Shown in pieces: positions 60,297 through 64,000 of a DNA stretch of 64,000 nt; the stretch's first letter is position 1; the number at the start of each line of letters is the position of its first letter. The notes under the pieces were generated by a model. It worked only from the letters and a program-made list of their open reading frames with translations. It made no database searches and was not told the origin of the DNA. Source of the stretch: Podarcis filfolensis (lineage: Eukaryota); NCBI GenBank assembly GCA_964270895.1, contig OZ185449.1; one strand, 5' to 3'. A program made the position numbers and the translations under genes.

Positions 60297-60538
60297 CAGT
60301 GGTACCTCAGGTTATATATGCTTCAGGTTACAGACGCTTCAGGTTACAGACTCCACTAACCCAGAAATAGTACCTCGGGTTAAGAACTTTGCTTCAGGAG
60401 GAGAACAGAAATCGTGCTCCGGTGGCGCAGCGGCAGCGGGAGGCCCCATTAGCTAAAATGGTACCTCGGGTTAAGAACAGTTTCAGGTTAAGAACAGACC
60501 TCCGGAATGAATTAAGTACGTAACCCGAGGTACCATTG
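60297..60538. mobile_element. Tigger-like MITE (11720 family, inverted orientation)
   Basis: TA TSD; interior is the reverse complement of the 11720 and 46853 copies. Confidence 0.9.
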
Positions 60539-62284
60539 TATATGTGTGTCTATGAAAGAACAAGTACCTGAGTTGCTCTCATGTTCTCTGCTGTAGGATG
60601 ATTGTAGCATCCAGCCAGGTGGGGCAGGAGAAGGTCCACTGATCTGTGTCTTTGACCACCTCTTTGTGCCTGTAAATTGTGGTACTTAACTAGCCAGCCA
60701 AGGCCATTATAAACTGGGCTGACCAGTTCAGCAGCCTTTTCTACTAGATTCATCTAAACCTCACTGGACTTGGACCCACAGGTATAATCTAGACTGCTCT
60801 CCACAATCCATAACAATATATTTTGGTAAGTTGTTTGTTCACCATGTGTTTGGATACTTCTTACGATATCGTTACCAAATTTTGCATGAAGGTTCCTGAC
60901 GGAGTTTTTCTACCATGTTTGGACACGGTTTTGAATCAAAATGCCAGACTTAAGCTTTCAAAATTTCACGGTTCTTTAACTGCAGATTTCAAAACTGCAG
61001 CTTGATTAACTGATTGCAGTGATTTTTTGGGGTTTCTTTGAATTCCGGAGCAATGACAGGTATGAGGCAGCTAGTAACACATACATACATGCACACATAC
61101 ATGATACATGCATTCATAAGTGGTGCAGAAAATAAACTTTGCACATGTAGGGGACGCTTATTATTTGGATGGGTGCCTTGACCGTCTGAGCAGGTTCAGG
61201 TGCAAAGCTCTAGTGAACAGCACTGGCTCACAAATTTACACCTCAAGCACGTCCTCTTGAGTCCTGTGTTTTGCCCATGTCTCCATATTGATGTGTGAGA
61301 GGTTCTCCTCATCCCCTGGAAGAACCTCTAGACAGTTTGTCATCTGGCCTGTCACTCGGTGACGAGGCTGTGTCTCGCTAATGAACACATCAAGCCGCCT
61401 GAGTGTTTGTGCTGCCTAATTGAAAGAGCTCACAATTGGGAATTTTTAAAAAAATGTGGCTTAGATGACAACACTTGGGTCGAAGGGGGAGAGCGGTGCC
61501 CTCTGCAAGCGAGATAAATTATAAATAAAATGACCATGTGTAGCACTGTGACTTTTAATCAATTTGTTGATTAGATTCATGATTTAAAAACAAAACAAAG
61601 CAAAAACAAACCCTTTAATTGACTAAAAATATGTCTCCAATTAGATCAGACAGAACTGTAGTTGGTTACGGGTTCCAGATGTTGTTAGGAGACCTTTATT
61701 CCCCTCCCAGATCTACAGTTCCCAGGGTGCTTTAACTATAAATCCCTCTTCTCAGAGAACTCTGAGAATTGTAGCTCTGTGTGGGGAAATGATGGTTGTC
61801 TGACACCGCTCAGCACCCTTAACAAACTACAGTTCCCAGGATATTCTGGGGGAAGCCATGACTATTTAAAGTGGTATGATACTGCTTTAAATGTACTGTA
61901 CAGCTAGGGCTCCAGTTTGCATTCTATAGGTTGCGGGGACCCCATGCTCATGGTTCTTTTGGAAATAATTTCCCTCCCACAAAAGCTGCTTCTAATGCAC
62001 TTGGGAAGAAGGGGAGAGTATAAAAGAGCCTTGAGTTCAGCCAGTGCTGGCTGGGGCTGATGGGATTTCTAGTCCAAAATTTCTAGAAGGTGCTAGGTTG
62101 GTGAAGGCTGGTGAGGCATTTCAAATTGTGGCCTCCTTGGGAGTCCTTATCACTGGGCAAGTTTCCATAAGTCATTTCCTTGTTCCATGCACCATGTATG
62201 GAGAATACAAACCAGCCATGATTCTCCCTACAACCTCATGTGTGGCCTACCACGTCCCATATTGCAGTGGGATGTTTTAGGCCA

Positions 62285-62590
62285 CAGCCACATTTAAAGC
62301 ACCTATGATAGCACTTCAAACAGTCATGGAGAATTCTTGGAGAGTCGTTCATTAAGGGCAGTGAGCTGTTAGGAGATCCAGATTCCTGTCCCAGGGCTAA
62401 AAGTAATCCGCAGAGTTCCCTGGGAAGAGGGATCAATTGTTAAACCACTCTGGGAATGGGATCTGAGTGAGGTGAACAGGGGCCTCCAATCAACACTCAG
62501 TGCTTTAACAAACAGCAGCTCCCAGAATCCTTTGGCGGAAGCCATGACTGTTTAAAGTGGCACCGTAGTGCTTTAAATGTATGGAATGAC
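62285..62590. mobile_element. Foldback element of the CACCATACATTTAAAGCAC family
   Basis: Inverted ends (acatttaaagcac...gtgctttaaatgtatgg); related copies at about 50500-50700, 59268-59410, 61640-61905 and 63120-63255. Confidence 0.65.
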
Positions 62591-63315
62591 TGTGGACTTA
62601 AACTCACTGCAGTTGATCCCCTGCTGGTTCTCCCCCTCTCCCTCACTCTCGCTCCACCCTCAAACGCCTCCCACCCCCATCTATGTGCTGGGCCAAGCTG
62701 AGGACAGCTTCAAAGACGTTAACCAGCTTTTCAATTTTTCATCACTGCTCATGGTAACCATACCTTCAACTTGCTGCCTCCCTCAGGCTAACCCACCCAG
62801 CCTGCTGTCCGTTCTTTGGAATATTAATAATTCCTGCGCCAGTCTGCTCAGCGCGGCCCCTTCCCATTGGCTGACACCGGGCAGAGCAGCCGTTGGGTTC
62901 ATTAGAAGTCCTGATGATCACAAGCCAGGCAGAAAACCACCTGCACCGCCAGCCTGTCAGCAAGGAGAGTGAAGGCAACACAGACCAGCTGCTTGCGGAG
63001 CCTCGAGAAAGTAACATATTTTTGCTCCTTGTCCATCGGAACTACACACTGGGTCTATGACGCTGTGTCTTCTTCTTTAGTTTGTTGGCCAGGAATGTTA
63101 GTACTGTGTTACAGACTGCACACATACACCATACATTTAAAACACAAGCTCCACTTCCCAAGATTCCTGGAAACTGTAGTTTTTAAGGGTGCTGGAAAAC
63201 TACAGTTCCCAGTATTTTTTTGGGGGTGTGATAATGTGCTTTAAATGTATGATGAGTTCGCAAGCGCAGCAGGGCTGCGTTAATCATGGCAGACTGCCTG
63301 ATTTCCATTGGAGCG

Positions 63316-63456
63316 ATCAATGTGAGGTTGGTTAGACTGAGAGACAGTAACTGTCCCAGAGTCACACCCAGCATAGTTTCATGGTGGGGTGAGCATTTGA
63401 ATCCCGGTCTCCCAAATCACAGCGCAGCACTCTAACCACTACAACACACTGGCTCC
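63316..63456 (-). mobile_element. Squam3-like SINE 5' part
   Basis: catttgaatcccggtctccc...ctctaaccactacaacacactggctc. Confidence 0.65.
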
Positions 63457-64000
63457 CGACTTTACAATATCTTTTTTTTTAAAGATGAGGGTGACCAGAC
63501 CTGCATGCGGTATTCCAAGTGTGGTTGCTCATCAGATTTACTAACAGGTGTTTCAATATTGGCATTTATATTTTTGATCCTTCTCCTAACGATCCTTAGT
63601 GTGGAATTTACTTCCCCCCTGCACAGCCGTCATGCAAACTGTGTCAACATCTTTCAACTTTTTTCTATGGGAGAAATCAAGGGATGAAACTCTCAGGCCA
63701 TAAAAATTGGCAGAATTACAATTTTCCTTTAATTTGTGTGTGCTTCCGCATGCCTTCCCCCCCCCCCCGCCCCGGTTCTTCTTTTCCATCCTCATATTTG
63801 CTAACTTCATTGTGCAGTTATTCAGGGAAGACTGCCTCACCACGATGTTCTGCATATTGTGATTGTAAGCTGGATTGATTCCTTACTGCCTATGTAAAAA
63901 TTTCTCTGTAGTGTTACGATCTTCCTGAGAGGGCTATAAAATATAATGCGGAAAAAAATGTTTAATAAAATGTAGAGCATCAAAAAAAACAGTGCCTGAA

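Noticed and set aside
42800-64000. Exons of the expected neighbour MAPKAP1 or another gene
   Set aside because: No ORF or splice pattern resembling SIN1/MAPKAP1 or any other protein was recognised; the track ORFs here overlap repeats or lack splice support.
1-64000. CRISPR arrays, rRNA genes, U12-type introns
   Set aside because: Vertebrate DNA with no spacer-repeat arrays or rRNA similarity; no donor matches the GTATCCT/ATATCCT minor-class consensus.

Overview
Vertebrate (squamate reptile, most likely a lacertid lizard, judged from Sauria-SINE copies) euchromatic window of about 64 kb. The + strand carries the complete coding region of GAPVD1 (GAPex-5/RAP6; N-terminal RasGAP-like domain, C-terminal VPS9 Rab5-GEF domain). 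I traced 26 coding exons from ATG 5133 to TAA 41810, all with GT-AG introns and consistent phases: 4458 nt, 1485 aa with both 81-nt candidate cassette exons included. A 3' UTR of about 0.9 kb follows, with a likely ATTAAA poly(A) site near 42693. I saw no promoter or CpG island, so the TSS probably lies upstream of the window. From about 42.8 kb to 64 kb I found no protein-coding exons; this part is intergenic, with several candidate conserved non-coding elements (synteny inference: the GAPVD1-MAPKAP1-PBX3-LMX1B block) among many repeats. Repeats include Sauria SINEs, other tRNA-derived SINEs, CR1, L2 and Penelope remnants, and many hAT and Tc1/mariner (Tigger-like) MITEs with visible TSDs. 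I found no evidence of a wholly new biological system. The most unusual observations are a hAT MITE carrying TTAGGG/G-quadruplex sequence, two hAT MITEs sharing one TSD pair, a tRNA-Ile/CR1-tail SINE, MITE-borne ZNF143/THAP11-type motifs, a candidate uORF exon and several alternative-splicing features. Almost all ORFs in the supplied track that do not overlap these exons are spurious. Gene and repeat-family names come from recognition and memory, not from database searches.
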